Both the position numbers and the translations under genes were made by a program. A stretch of 63,493 bases of DNA, filler included, from Basidiobolus ranarum (lineage: Eukaryota), in the NCBI GenBank assembly GCA_040143965.1. It is 49 parts of 49 records of this genome, joined end to end, with 100 filler letters (N's around TTAATTAATTAA, not from the genome) between each part and the next. Parts side by side here need not be neighbours in the genome. Positions count along the whole stretch, not along the records: positions 24,740 to 25,938 come from JASJQH010006034.1; positions 26,039 to 27,237 come from JASJQH010006035.1; positions 27,338 to 28,536 come from JASJQH010006036.1; positions 28,637 to 29,835 come from JASJQH010006037.1; positions 29,936 to 31,133 come from JASJQH010006038.1; positions 31,234 to 32,431 come from JASJQH010006039.1; positions 32,532 to 33,729 come from JASJQH010006040.1; positions 33,830 to 35,027 come from JASJQH010006041.1; 41 more parts are not named here. One strand, written 5' to 3'. The notes below the pieces were generated by a model. It saw nothing but the letters and a program-made list of their open reading frames with translations, did not search any database and was not told the origin of the DNA. Positions 24,740-38,602 of this stretch are shown here, piece after piece (the first letter of the stretch is position 1; each line of letters opens with the position of its first letter).

Positions 24740-25698
24740 ATCTATATAACAAGTATGTCTTATTACCCCCACTTATCTATTATATCTTATTACACAAACT
24801 CCTGAATATCTCAAACAATTGATTTACTTTTCTACTATATAAGTCACCATGTACCCTTATGAATAAACTGACTAAGACACACTATCATAAGTTGCTTCTA
24901 ATACCCAAAGTCTACCCCCATTATGTCAAGATCTTCCAACAATTATTCTCCTAAGGAACTTACTTAGAAGTTCTCAAATATATAGATTTTTCAAACTTAT
25001 GCTAGAAGCACCAAACTTTGCACACATGTTCCTGGGACCTTCCTTAGCACATTCTACATGTTAGTTTGCTTACATCTTGGGTTAGGGGGGAGACAGTCAC
25101 CAACAGGTGAAATCTTTTTTTCAAACAAAACAAAGAAGCCATAATGTTGGAGAATCTTGACATAATGAGGGTAGACTGTGAGTATTAGAAGCAACTTATG
25201 ATAGTGTGTTTTAGTTAGTTTATTCTTAAGAGTATATGGTGACTTATATAGTAGAAAGGTAAATCAATTGTTTGAGATATTCAGGAGTTGGTGTAATAAG
25301 ATATAATAGATAAGTGAGGGTAATAAGACATACTTGTTAAATAGATATAGAGATATTCCTATTTAAAATATAGGGGCTATAGATATGTTGCTTTCTGTTT
25401 CTGATATATGTTTCATATCTATAGTTAACTATGATGTTGAATAAAGATTAATTATTCAACACCTTCCCTTAATTCTTATTCAGCATTGTGCTTATATTCA
25501 CTAATGCCTATTCCAGCTCTTAACTTCTCAAAGCTTGAAGTTTTGAGTGGTTTTGTTAGTATGTCTGCAAGCATGCTTTCAGTATTACAATAAATAAAGT
25601 TCACTTCTTTGTCTTGAATTTTCTCTTGTATAAAATGATGTCTTATGTGAATATGTTTCATCCTTGAGTGATGCTCAGGATTTCTGGTGATCCAAATA
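24740..25698. mobile_element. Copia LTR C (24740-24941 plus; complete 25145-25461 minus) with PPT and RNase H end (25476-25698 minus)
   Basis: TG...CA ends, purine tract TTAAGGGAAGG, KHIHIRHHFI...ADILTKPL. Confidence 0.85.
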
Positions 25699-26038
25699 CT
25701 GTTAAAGTATTTGGGAGCCTGTTGGAAGTGGTTTGGAGAATTAGAGGAATTGGTGGTTTTTCACTTTTTGATTTATTGAGTAGTAAGTTGACATTTAGAG
25801 TATTGTCAAGATGTAAGCAAACTAACGTGTAAAATATGTTAAGGAAGGTCCCAGGAACATGTGTGCAAAGTTTGGGGCTTCTAGCACATGTTTGAAAAAT
25901 CTATATATCTGAGAACTTCTAAGTTGGTAAAAATATTCNNNNNNNNNNNNNNNNNNNNNNNNNNNNNNNNNNNNNNNNNNNNTTAATTAATTAANNNNNN
26001 NNNNNNNNNNNNNNNNNNNNNNNNNNNNNNNNNNNNNN

Positions 26039-27237
26039 ATGAGATTTCTACTTTCATGTGCCCAAGCAATTTTTGGTCATGGTGTAGGCTTAATGGTCCA
26101 ATACATATTCTGCTCTGCTAGATTGTCAAAGTGACATTTGCATGTATAGGGTGGGATTTTTTGAAATCCCATATGAGAATGGACAGAGGGAGCAGCTTGT
26201 TGCTATGGCTCAAGTCAGCATTTTGAAGGTCCTGTATCATCATTCAGTGACTCTCTAACTGTAGACTAGTTGCTTGCAAATGCTGCATTAATTACAATAT
26301 TGCGGCATTATTCCTTGTCATGGCCTGTATAGCAACTTTGTAGTATTTACTTATGATTGCATACAAATCATTATGGTGCTCCTCCTGCAGTTCCCTTGTT
26401 GTAATAATTCTATCCAAATTTTCTCTAGAGAGTTGTTCAGAAGTGGGCAAAGTAGCCATTTTGGAAGTTGATGGTCTTGATGGTGTTTTGGTTGAACATT
26501 GTTCAAATATTGAGTTACTATTTAATTAGGGGATTACAATCTCTTCACTTGCACTATTGCTGAAAAGGAACACATCTGGTTAATTGATGAATGCTTCATC
26601 ATTACTGGAGTTAGGTTCCAGCAAGTTAATGCCTTCCAAAGAGGCTAGTGGATTGCTAGAATGCTCATCAATCAAGTCCTCTGTTCTTGCTGGTTTTTTT
26701 CCTTTTGTGCCAGCAGGCTTTGGCTTGGAAGCCAATTTTTATTTAGGTTTTGCACTCTTTTTGAATGGCATTGAAATTTTCAGATGGTAAACTTGATGTA
26801 ACAGAATTGCTTAGAAACAGCTTATAATAAGCTCAATTGCCATTCATTACCAGAAATATCTTGTAAATCTCCTGATGACTCATCTGTGACACCATCTCAG
26901 AATTAGCTGATAATATTGATGGGCTATACCTAAATTACCACCCTTACATAGGAGGTGTTACTTTTTCTACAATATCCTTCTCATGCCACAACACAAAAGT
27001 TTAAAGAAGCCCTGTTATTATTGTTGCAAATTCTTGTGCTACGAAAGCCGGAGGCTTCATAGAAAAAATAATCACCAGCATGGTCACTGTACAAAGCCAC
27101 CAGCTGCACAAAGACTGGTTTATAACAACAGTGATAAGTGAACTAAATCAACTTTAGTTTTGCCCATTGAGTCCATTAACTGTACTTTGCCTCAAAGTTT
27201 GGAAACTCTGCCAAAAGTCAAGATATTGTGGATTTAC
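26039..27237. mobile_element. EnSpm-type central region, third copy
   Basis: Homologous to 9127-10030. Confidence 0.75.
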
Positions 27238-27337
27238 NNNNNNNNNNNNNNNNNNNNNNNNNNNNNNNNNNNNNNNNNNNNTTAATTAATTAANNNNNNN
27301 NNNNNNNNNNNNNNNNNNNNNNNNNNNNNNNNNNNNN

Positions 27338-27486
27338 ATTGTGGTGGGATAGTGCCATATTGTTCCTTATAGTGTCCGATCGAGTGTTATAGGACCCAGC
27401 CATGGTAATTGACAGATTGCGCCAGATGGTGTACTAGCAGGCTGGATCGAGCAGCACGATCTGACCTGGTCCGATGGAACAAGTCT
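27338..27486. mobile_element. Terminus of PIF/Harbinger-ISL2EU-like element (CpG-rich), inserted in LTR B
   Basis: Ends ATGGAACAAGTCT, the exact reverse complement of AGACTTGTTCCAT at 40831. Confidence 0.65.
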
Positions 27487-27619
27487 AATATATGTTCCAA
27501 TTTTCAGCTAGGTGATATTTGACTAAGTAATGTTAACCAACTTATATGTGATATATGAAATAGTTAGGTGGATAACAATAGAGATAACAAATATGATAAA
27601 GACAATAAACTTCAACAGG

Positions 27620-28536
27620 TGTTGGATAATTAAACCTTATTCAACATCATAGTTAAGTTTAGTTATGATATATATCAGAAGCAGAGAGCAATGTATCTAT
27701 AGCCCCTATATTCTAAATAGAAATATCTCTACACCAATATAATAGGTATGTCTTATTACCCCCACTTATCTATTATATCTTATTACACAAATTCCTGAAT
27801 ATCTCAAACAATTGATTTACTTTTCTACTATATAAATCACCATATACTCTTAAGAATAAAGTAACTAAAACATACTATCACAAGTTGCTTCTAATACACG
27901 AAGTCTACCCCCATTATGTCATGATCCTCCAACATGGTAGCAGCAAGTGAATTAGAGTCTTCTTCCCAAAAGGTGATTACTAATATTTCAACATTTAATG
28001 GGGAAGATTTCCACAAATAGAAATTCAAGATGCTACTTGTGCTTGAAGAGAAACATGTCTGGGAAGTATTTCAACCAGATGAAGAAGAAAGTACAGATTC
28101 TGACACTGAAACAAAGAAGCCAACATGTGAAGAAGCCAGGGCAACCTTCAAAGAAAAAGATAGATTGGCATTTAGGGAAATATGTCTAAGACTGGGATCA
28201 TAGCAACTTATGCTAGTCAGAGATGCTGACTCTGCTAAGAATGCATGGGAAATCCTATTGAAACATCATGAGCAAAAAGGGCTTGCTCACTTGATGATAC
28301 TACAAAGAAAATTCTCAAACTCTTGTATGTCTGAGGATTCAGATATTATGACATATGCAAATGGTGTCATGAAACTTGCCCAACAACTGGAATCAGTGAA
28401 TTATGAAGTACCTGAAATGGATATTATTCTTACCATAATCAATGATCTCCCTGAATCATATTCAGCCCTTGTACTCACTTTGGAAGCAATTAGGGATAAG
28501 CTTACTCAGCATTATCTGATCTCTCATCTATATCAA
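27620..28536 (+). mobile_element. Copia family C 5' LTR (27620-27934), PBS TGGTAGCAGC and gag
   Basis: TGTTGG...CCAACA then TGG. FNGEDF..WKFKM, SAKNAWEIL and LPESY gag motifs. Confidence 0.9.
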
Positions 28537-28636
28537 NNNNNNNNNNNNNNNNNNNNNNNNNNNNNNNNNNNNNNNNNNNNTTAATTAATTAANNNNNNNN
28601 NNNNNNNNNNNNNNNNNNNNNNNNNNNNNNNNNNNN

Positions 28637-28770
28637 CAGTATTGTCACAATATCTTAAAAGATTGATGTCTTGATTGTCACTTTGTTTAGATTAGTATTT
28701 AAGCTAAATAAAGTCCACACCATCTGGTGCTTTTCATCCCCCTAACCAGAACTTCAATACCCTAACCTTA
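28637..28770 (+). mobile_element. 3' end of non-LTR element (hairpin plus CCCCCTAACC tail)
   Basis: Homologous to 38344-38450. Confidence 0.6.
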
Positions 28771-28924
28771 TGAATACCATTCAAATACTGTTAAGAAACC
28801 GCCATTACACCATCAAAATCCCTGGCAGAATGCAAGCCACCAATACTGTGATGGTTCTCTGATGGTTTTGCAACCTAGAAGGGTGGATCCAATCCAGATC
28901 AAATTGATTCTATTTTTGTTAGGG

Positions 28925-29473
28925 AGGATCCAACCAAAATAATGAAGAAAATGCTTTAATAATCTATGGGAAACCTTCCTATAAAGGTCAAAAGCACTTT
29001 GAGAAGAGAAGTAACACATTCTGTGATTAGTGTAAAAGAACTGGCCATTGAAGCAAATATTGCTTTAAAAGAATTGCAAAAGAAGAAAAATGTACTAAAT
29101 CTGGAAATGTGGTTACAACAGATGATCACTTGTTCATATCTGCTCTATCTATGACTACCAACAAGGATTCCCAGATGTTGTATATTGATTCTGGAGCTTC
29201 CCAACATTTCACAAATGAAAATCATAGGTTTGTAGATAATGAAGATATCTCAATTAGAAAGGTTTTCATGGGAGATGACTGCACATTGGATGCCATTGGA
29301 ATGGGTACAATTCAAGTCAATTTAACTGGAGCTTCTGAAGAGAAAGTGTATACTTTTAAGGATGTGCTACATATTCCAGATATTGCCAAGAATTTAATAT
29401 CTGTATGCAAGGCCACCTCAGAAGGGCTAAAATTCAATTTTGATAAGTCAGGATGCACCTTTATAGTAGCTAT
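28925..29473 (+). mobile_element. Copia gag zinc knuckle and protease fragment (EnSpm right end at 28771-28924; another TG-starting insertion from about 29479)
   Basis: YIDSGASQH, VLHIPDIAKNLISV. Confidence 0.85.
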
Positions 29474-29935
29474 GGTTCTGTAACTGATATAGCAATAAAC
29501 AAGTTTGGCCAGCAATGATGGTATCATTGCAAATCTTGCACTTTAGCCATACATATCACTACCTTTGAGTTGGCTTACAGTGTTTACAACCATATTCTGT
29601 AGTCCAACATTCACTACTTCTACAACAGGTAAAACCAAGGGCAGCTACTGGAGTTATTTGGAGTAGTCCAAGAACAGCTGCAGACGAAGTAGATATAGAA
29701 GTAGGCAAGTTTGCTAAAAAGTAGACCCGTATGAAGATAATAAAGCTGTGTAGTGGAAGGCGGACTATGGGAAACTTGATGCACGTATATAAGTGTACAC
29801 CTTCGAGATACATAACCCACACCGAATCAGTTCTTNNNNNNNNNNNNNNNNNNNNNNNNNNNNNNNNNNNNNNNNNNNNTTAATTAATTAANNNNNNNNN
29901 NNNNNNNNNNNNNNNNNNNNNNNNNNNNNNNNNNN

Positions 29936-31133
29936 TTATTCCAATCAAGAAACTATTCAATTATGGCATAAGAGATTTGGCCATATTGGATTTGATTATT
30001 TGAGCAAAATGATCAAAAATTGCCTAATTTCTGGAATTCAAATTAACCCCCCAACCAAAATGGAAATTTGTGAGGGTTGTATATATGGAAAACAAGCCAG
30101 GCAACCATTCAAGAGCTCTGGTTTAATCAAATCTGTCAAAAAATTGGATCTAATTCATTCAGATTTGTGTGGACCTATGCAAAATTTATCTTTAGGTGGA
30201 AAAAGATATTTAATCACATTTATTGATGATTATATTGGGAAAATATGGGCTGTTTGGAGGAGCTTTAAAAAGTGGAGTTGTGAATAGCTTTTTGTGAGAT
30301 AATTATCTATTGTCCAGAAGTGAAGCATTCACACATTTTGGTGGAAATATGGAAAACTAACACAGGGGTTGTGTTCAGAACATCTGTGGGAGTAAAATGA
30401 GCTATTTATTCACATTTATTGATGATTATACAAGATACACTTGGGTCTACTTTATGGAAAGAAAAGAAGAAGCTCTCTCTATCTTAAGAGTCTTTAAAAC
30501 ACTTTTGGAGACTGAAACTGGAACCAAAATCAAGAAAATACATACTGAGAATGGTGGAGAATATTTTCAACACTATTTAAACACTTTTGCAAAGTTGATG
30601 GAATTAAGCAAGAGACTACTGCCCCCTATTCACCTCAACAAAATGGAGTTGCTGATAGAGCTAACAGGACTATGATAGAAATGGCAAGATCTATGATAAA
30701 TGCACAAAATTAATCTCATAACTTTTGGGTGGAATCTGTTGCTACAGCTGAATATCTGAAGAATAGGAGTTTTACCAGAAGTCTGTCTAACTCAACCCCA
30801 TATCAAGCTTGGTTTGGAGTTAAACCCAATGTAAAACACTTGAGGATCTTTGGATGCATTGCATAAGTCAAAATTATGACCAAAAATTGGTCTAAATTTG
30901 ATCTAAAAAGTAAGAAATGCATATTTCTGGGTTATTGTACTCAAACTGAGGCCTACAGACTCTATGATACCATAATTTCCAAGTTAATCAAGTCCTGGGA
31001 TGTTTTGTTTAATGAAATGAAAATTTTTTCACCCAAAATGACCTCAGATGATGACAAAAAGCAATTTTCTCCTGATCCAATCATTCAAATTGATTCAAAC
31101 CAAAACAATGAGGAAAATAGCATTCCTGTGGAC
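29936..31133 (+). mobile_element. Copia integrase with nested LTR B fragment
   Basis: CEGCIYGKQ, HSDLCGP, FIDDYTRYTWVY, KKCIFLGY. Confidence 0.92.
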
Positions 31134-31233
31134 NNNNNNNNNNNNNNNNNNNNNNNNNNNNNNNNNNNNNNNNNNNNTTAATTAATTAANNNNNNNNNNN
31201 NNNNNNNNNNNNNNNNNNNNNNNNNNNNNNNNN

Positions 31234-32431
31234 TTAATACAATGGTGGGCTTTGATGGAGATATTGACACAAACTCATGTTGGGTATGAGCTAAACCTTG
31301 GGTATGAAGAACTCTATAAAAATATTCAGGAGAATATATCAAAGAGACTAGGGATTTCAAAGGTGACAAATTAGCGTTCAAGTGGTAATTGTGTAAAATT
31401 TGAGTTACGTTTTTTGCACATGTGTTGATCCATAGTTCTCTGAGATTTTAGCCAATCATTTGCAGCTATTTTGCAAGATCTTGAAATTTCACTCCTGAAA
31501 CTGAATAAATTGATTAAAATCAAATCTAACTTGACAATTTTATGACAGTAAGTAAATGGTCAATCCCAAATGGATTAAAATTGTGATGGTTTTCCTACAA
31601 TAACAATCCTCAAATTTCTGTTAGGGTGCAGTCAACAAATGTCCTGCCACAAGTAGATATGTCATTGCTGGAATAGATTACCCCATGGCTAAAACAATAA
31701 TACTGCATATATTGATATATCTCACCAAGAAGTGTGTCTTGCAGCCTTCATAAAAATACCATCAGATTATCACACAAGCAAATTAGTCCAATCATAGAGG
31801 TACTTACTCTGTGTCCATGGACTGGGCTTTGTTGCTGTTATTGTGCTCAAACAATATGAAAACCCATGAGCACATTGAAAAGAGCCCTTTGTGGTCAGGT
31901 TAATATACTCTGGAGTCTGCTTAACCCATTGCATTACATCCATCACTGATTTTGCTGATACATTGTTAATCAGATTAGCATATGGTAATACTGACAATTT
32001 CACATTTAAAACATAGTAAAAATACTTGATGAGTATGTTCAAAAGTATGAAGGGAAAAATGCAGTGCAAGCATGTAGACAGTGGCTTACCAAGAAGAAGA
32101 ACATTCAGCTTGACATTCAGTCTGATGTTGACTGTGCAGATATCTGTGAGGAACTTAATATAAGGTGGCACAATATTGCAGGGTATCCACCAGATAGCTG
32201 GATAATGTGAATTTGGCAATGTTAATACAATGCTTTGATGGTGATATTGATACAAATTTGTGCCGGATATGAGCTAAACCTTGGTTATGAAGAACTCTAT
32301 AAAAACATTTGGGAGAATACATCCCCTAACAAAAATAAAATCGATTTGATCCGGATCGGATCCACCCTCCGAAATAGCAAAACCGTCAGAGAACCGTCAC
32401 AATATCGTTGGCTTGCATTCTGCCAGGGATT
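31234..32431. mobile_element. Multiply nested EnSpm-type fragments: left end at 31626, transposase 3' part, accessory ORF, young right end 32324-32431
   Basis: Homology to 7142-7723, 6745-7120 and 8937-9026. Confidence 0.8.
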
Positions 32432-33829
32432 NNNNNNNNNNNNNNNNNNNNNNNNNNNNNNNNNNNNNNNNNNNNTTAATTAATTAANNNNNNNNNNNNN
32501 NNNNNNNNNNNNNNNNNNNNNNNNNNNNNNNAGATAGAATCTTTTAGTTATCATCTATGAGAAATGGCCCTCGATGGGTGAGGAGAAATAGGGGGAAATC
32601 GGTTGCTACTGGTGGCGATGAGGGGGCGGGTGAGGTGGGTTGGATTTCAACCGAGAGTCCCATACTTGGTATCTTCAATATCTGGTCGAACAATTCGTTC
32701 GACTAACCGAATTCAAATCGATCTGGTTTCGATCATCTATCGCACCCAATGATCAGTCAATCAAGCACGAGTCATCGAACCTATTTAACCAGGTCTAGTC
32801 AAGGGATTTCCTGAACAAGATGACATCACACAGGGTGGGTACCTCATTACCAAGATCGATTAGAATTCGTGTGGGACATTTCTCTGATTAACCAAATCTT
32901 GACAAGAAATTGGGTGAATTCTATCCGTTTTCCCCATCCCAGACTCACACTGCAGAAGATATTCATTAGGTGAGTTAAGTCTTAGTCAGATCTTCTCGAT
33001 GAGACTGATATATGGCATGGGAAAGATCCTGGTTAAGAGTCCTGGGCAGAAAGATGATCCATGTTTGATTAGCACTGGTGTCAAGGGTTCGCTTACTAAT
33101 CCTGCTCGTATTTCAAAACATTCCCATAATTGATTGGAAATTCAACTTCAATTTTGTAGGGCTCTAGGAAAGTTTAAATTTTTAGTTCAACTCCGTCACC
33201 CCCATGTACCTTTGATGTCATTGGTTGAGTGGTGACGTAGACATTGGATCATGGCTGCGGATTGAAATTTAGCGTGGAAAAGGAAGATAACCATGTTTGT
33301 TAACAAATTTACAAGCCTAGAATATCTGGTCATCAAATAGGTAAACATGAGAACCGATAACGAGAATCCATTTGACTCCGTATCCATCAGGTTTTACAGA
33401 TATCGATTTATATCTCAAACCTATCTTTGGATGGATGAGGGAGTGAAGTGAGTCTAGTTAGTGTTTAAACCCCGTCATTACGAATAACTCGATGTTCTCG
33501 CTAATCTTCATAAGTTCTAGATGTGTTTGCCTGTCCTGTCATAAATGTTTAGATCTTTGTTATCATTTGGTCTCTGTTGCTTGATTCGAGCCTACAAGTT
33601 ACACTACGACAACCACAATCAATCCTTCTGCCTTATCTCGCATAAAACCGTCCAATCTACAAGCATTCTTCATCACCACCAAACAATCCACATTATAGCG
33701 GCCCTTCCAATCATCGTCGTACTTTTCACNNNNNNNNNNNNNNNNNNNNNNNNNNNNNNNNNNNNNNNNNNNNTTAATTAATTAANNNNNNNNNNNNNNN
33801 NNNNNNNNNNNNNNNNNNNNNNNNNNNNN

Positions 33830-34462
33830 TTCCACTTGTACCAGGTCTGTGGCAAGCAACAGTTGCCAATCAACTGTGGTAAAAGTGTAAGAAAACCAAT
33901 AAACACCTGGTTGCTAAGATTGGATTGAACTCTCCACTCCTCAATAATCAAAGCTGCCTCTTTTACAGTAAGTGTTATGAGTTGACTAATGTTTGCTGAC
34001 AACAAAGAGTCTGTAACAAAACCGTCATTTTCTTCTTCAACTTCTGATAAAGTTCAATCAGTACTGAGATAATCAAGGTCAACATCTAGCAGCAAATGCT
34101 CAAAGTTGTCTGGACTTACTGGTTTGACCAAAGTTGCATTTCTACCTATATCATTCCGGTCATATAGCTGTGGTTACTCCATGGTATCTTGACTTTTGGC
34201 AGTGTAACCAAAACTATGAGGCAAAGTACAGTCAGAGGACTCAATAGGCAAAACTAAAGTTGCTTTAGTGCACTTTTACTGTTTTTATATACCAGGCTTT
34301 GTGCAGCTGGTGGCTTTGTACAGTGACCATGCTGGTGATTTTTTTCTACAAAGCCTCTGGCTTTCATAGCACAAGAATTTGTCACAATAATAGCAGGGCT
34401 TCTTAAAATGTTTGTGTTGCAGCATGAGAAGGATATTGTAAAAAAAAGAACACCTCTTACGT
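33830..34462 (-). mobile_element. EnSpm-type transposase 5' fragment; an unrelated insertion starting TGTAGTG follows at 34463
   Basis: Homologous to 7824-8320 and 16940-17185. Confidence 0.75.
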
Positions 34463-35349
34463 TGTAGTGTTGGAACTATTCCAATCATATCTTGCACATA
34501 ATAAGCAGGAAGAATATTATCTATTGCTATCTTAAAATATTTTACAGATCAAGAAAAAGAACAAGAATATTTGATTGCTCATAGTCACATCAATACTTAA
34601 TTGATTACAACAATTCAAGCTGCAATCAAAAACTCCGGAATTAGAGCTTTGCAACCATGCAAGAGTCATAAAATTTGATCAAATAATGGTGGAGCTACAA
34701 TCTTTTCAAAATCGCCAACACAAAAATCAACACTAGCATATATTCAGAACAAAGGAATTCAGGATCTCAGGATGCTCACAAAATTAGTGCTAACTTTTGA
34801 ACCAGCCAACAGATTCTCTTCAAATTTTGCACAGAGCTGCGACAGTACTTGATGCTAATGTGTTCTAAGTTTCAAAGCCACAGCTGCTTTATTAGTGATC
34901 TTATTAGCACTTCGATGCTAAGCCACCCACTCATAGCATTTATTCTCAGCCACCAATTCATAGCATTTATTCTAAGCTGTTTCTTTATATAAGCAACCCT
35001 TCCCCCTATTGAAAAAGCTTCTAGCCTNNNNNNNNNNNNNNNNNNNNNNNNNNNNNNNNNNNNNNNNNNNNTTAATTAATTAANNNNNNNNNNNNNNNNN
35101 NNNNNNNNNNNNNNNNNNNNNNNNNNNGAAGGTCTTGGTGGAAATACACTATATGTGGGATGACATGATTGGTCAGGTTTCATGGAATATTCCAAAGAAC
35201 ATGATTTCAATATAAGGTATTCTGGATGAACTAACACCGGATAACCAAGAAGGGATGGCACAGCAGATATGATGTCATAATCTAATAATAGAGAAGTTCT
35301 ATTTGTAGTGGATCAGTATGCTGAGATCAGAAGCATGACAGAAATCTTC

Positions 35350-37571
35350 TCAAAATTCCACTTGAATATATACAAATCCAATACTTCCAGTATTTGCATT
35401 TGAATCAAACCCTAGGTGAGTGGATATTGATGGGAGTCCTGGTAAAATATGATGGTATCTTAATGTTTTCAAGCATTTTCCCGATTCATTCAAACTTTGA
35501 TACATCCTGAAGGGCTCATCCATACTGAATTTTCCACAGTATAACTGAGTAAGTAGTATTGGAATGTTGTTGAATAGTAAGTACATAGTGCCTAATGGGA
35601 AGCTCTGGCTCCAGCTCATCCCCTTGAGTAATATAATCTTAGGCTTACAGCTAATACCAAGTTTGATGTTAGACTGACTCTTTGATGAATTGACATCAGT
35701 GATCATGGTGAAATCTGACTGGGCACTTGATGGTAAAATCATGAAGATTAGTGTTGTATTTGGATTGTAGTAATGTGTATGCCTGTTAGAGTAAACTCCA
35801 TTGATTTGACAAAATCTACAGCAAGATAATGCATTGTGCCTGCAAAACCTCCAAGTTTACTGGTGGCGGGAGTGTCACCAATACATACAATGATATTAGC
35901 TTTAATAGAATATTCACCCATCTGAACCCCATTGGATGACCATTCAAATTCCGCAATCAAAGGCTCCAGGAAGCTATCTATAAGCACAGGTGATTTAGGT
36001 CCAGAAATGTTGGATAGTATCACTATTTTGTGACTCTTATACTGTTCAGCAGGAGGAAGATTTAAGTTGATTAAAATTATTGGCTAGCAAGCCTTTCCAA
36101 TGGTATATTTGTTTAGTGAGAAACCATCCAGAGCCAATGCAAATGCATGATCATGTGTGTTCTCAAAGAAATCTTGACTTTTGAGATTCTGGTAGTGATA
36201 TCCATCAAGTATATCAGTAATACCATCAGCTTTACGGTGAGTACTTTGGTATTGGATCAAGGATCTATATTAGGGTGATTTCAACAAAGCTTTAAGATGA
36301 GGAATCAACAGTAGGTTAGCCAAANNNNNNNNNNNNNNNNNNNNNNNNNNNNNNNNNNNNNNNNNNNNTTAATTAATTAANNNNNNNNNNNNNNNNNNNN
36401 NNNNNNNNNNNNNNNNNNNNNNNNTTCAAGTGTAATTTTGAAAAGATTTCTGCCTGATAAGTATTGGCAACATTGAAAGTTGTTTGTCAATATTGTTGAT
36501 ATATTCTTATGCATCAACTCACATTGGCAGATCTCAGGCAGATACAGCAACTGTGCAAAGATTTTGTAATTGGACATGAAAAACTTTATTATAGGTTTAA
36601 AGAAGATAGACTGAATCTATGCCAGTATTCAATACATTCCCTGCAGCCTCTTTCACAATGCTTAGAGATTATACATCCTTGCTATACATTCTGGGAGTTC
36701 CCAATGAAGGGGCACCTGTGGTGAAATGATGCTCTGTGTGAAATTGTCAGTATTAGTGTATGCTACTCTGACCAACAATGTATCAGCAAAATCAGTGATG
36801 AATGTAATGCAATGGTTTAAGGAGACTCCAGAGTATATTAACCTGCCAACAAAGGGCTCTTTTCAATGTGCTCCCAGGTCTTTGCATTGTTTGAGCACAA
36901 TAACAGCAACAAAACACAATCCACGGACACAGAGTAAGTACCTCTATAATTTGGACTAATTTGCTTGTGTGATAATCTGATAGTATTTTTAGGAAAGCTG
37001 CAAGACAGACTTCTTGGTGAGATAGATCTAGATACACAGTATTATTGTTTTAGTCATGTGGTAATCTATTCAAGCCATGACACATCTACTTATGGCAAGA
37101 CATGTGTTGACTGCAAGTTGTTGATATATTGGCTGAATTCTTTATGGAAATTTGCCAAAATCCAAGAGCTTATTCTCATTGTGAATGGCAACAGGAGTCA
37201 GCTATTTCCCAAGTGTCAGTGCTATTCAAAATTTCAGATGTTTAGCAATTTTTCCACCATTAGTTTGCTGGTAAAGCATATTGATGTTGTTGAGTTATGT
37301 CTAGTCAGTCAAGTATATGCATATATAGAGACTAAACACAACAAGATTCTTGTATTTTTTGATTCTCATTATGGCTGGAATACAAAGACTAAAATATCTC
37401 AGTAAAGGCATGCATATTAGTTTGAATTCCTACAGCAGTAAACCCAGTAATTTGCCATTTGAAAATTAGATTTTTGCAAAAATTGCTGGATATGGAATAG
37501 TCATGCCAAATTTGAGGATCAATATTTTAACATATATGAATACTATCAAAATACCATCAAGAAACTGCCAT
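35350..37571. mobile_element. EnSpm-type transposase fragments in two separate contigs (35350-36324 minus; 36425-37571 plus with 3' subterminal region)
   Basis: IGDTPATSKLGGFAG; HQLTLADLRQIQQLCKDFV; FDSHYGWNT. Confidence 0.8.
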
Positions 37572-37721
37572 TATAGTTGTTTTAGGGTGTAAGCAGCAAC
37601 TATAACTGCAATAACCTAAGGNNNNNNNNNNNNNNNNNNNNNNNNNNNNNNNNNNNNNNNNNNNNTTAATTAATTAANNNNNNNNNNNNNNNNNNNNNNN
37701 NNNNNNNNNNNNNNNNNNNNN

Positions 37722-38450
37722 CTTGCTGTTACACCCCCCCAAGACATCTTATCATGGCTATCAAAGACTTCTCATGCAGTTTGTGATACCAGTTCTGGAA
37801 TATGGAGTACATCTGCTCCCACTCAATCAAAGAGACTACTCCAAGCTTGATAGATTCATCAGCTACTGCCTCATGCTGCTGATGCCTGACTTGCCTGAGA
37901 CTCCCTATGATCATGCTTTGAATGGAACTTTTGGATTCTTCCCATAGCATATGAGAGTAGTTTTAATCAGGGCAAGATTTCTACTCCAACTTAATGACTG
38001 CAGAAATCCACTGATTAAGAAGTGGCTAGCCACACTATCTTCAAATGCACTATCATGCTGGAAATTGATACAAGATGATTCTCTTGTTTCTGAGTTAGCT
38101 TTACAGCTGCATGAAACAAAACAGCCTAAATTGTTGCTATAGACTTCCAGCTAGACCTTTGGAAGCAATATCTTGCCTCTAAGAAACCTTTCTTGATTCC
38201 CACTATTCCTGGTTTTTGTCCTATAGTCCATCTAGTTTGTACTGAGTACTTTGCTTTCTGCTTACCACCTCTGCCCCTTAACACTATATTTGCATCCTCT
38301 GAACTTGAATACATTGGTCATCAAATTAAGTATGGATATGATCCAGTATTATTACAATATCTGAAAAGATGAATGTTATATTTTTCACTTTGTTTAGATT
38401 AGGATTTAAGCTAAAAAGGCTCACACCATATGGTGCTTTTCATCCCCCCT
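37722..38450 (+). mobile_element. Non-LTR retrotransposon 3' part (post-RT C-terminal region, short 3' UTR), degraded
   Basis: QFVIPVLEYG resembles the thumb-region Y..(F/L)VRP.LEYG motif of LINE RTs. The ORF continues by frameshift to about 38372 and ends in a hairpin plus C-run. Confidence 0.6.
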
Positions 38451-38602
38451 ATGAATATTACACCCTGTGGTGTTCATCATCCCCCTAACCCTAACCCTTT
38501 GTTGTTAGCATATTATGCTACATTGGCTTATTTGTTTAATAATAGAACATCTAGTTATTAAGTAATCATTACACCCTATGGTGTTCATCATCCCCCTATC
38601 CC

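Noticed and set aside
32532..33729. Short ORFs in a CpG-normal contig (33545-33729, 33196-33387, minus ATG near 32663)
   Set aside because: No recognisable motif or consistent splice model. Probably intergenic or UTR host DNA.
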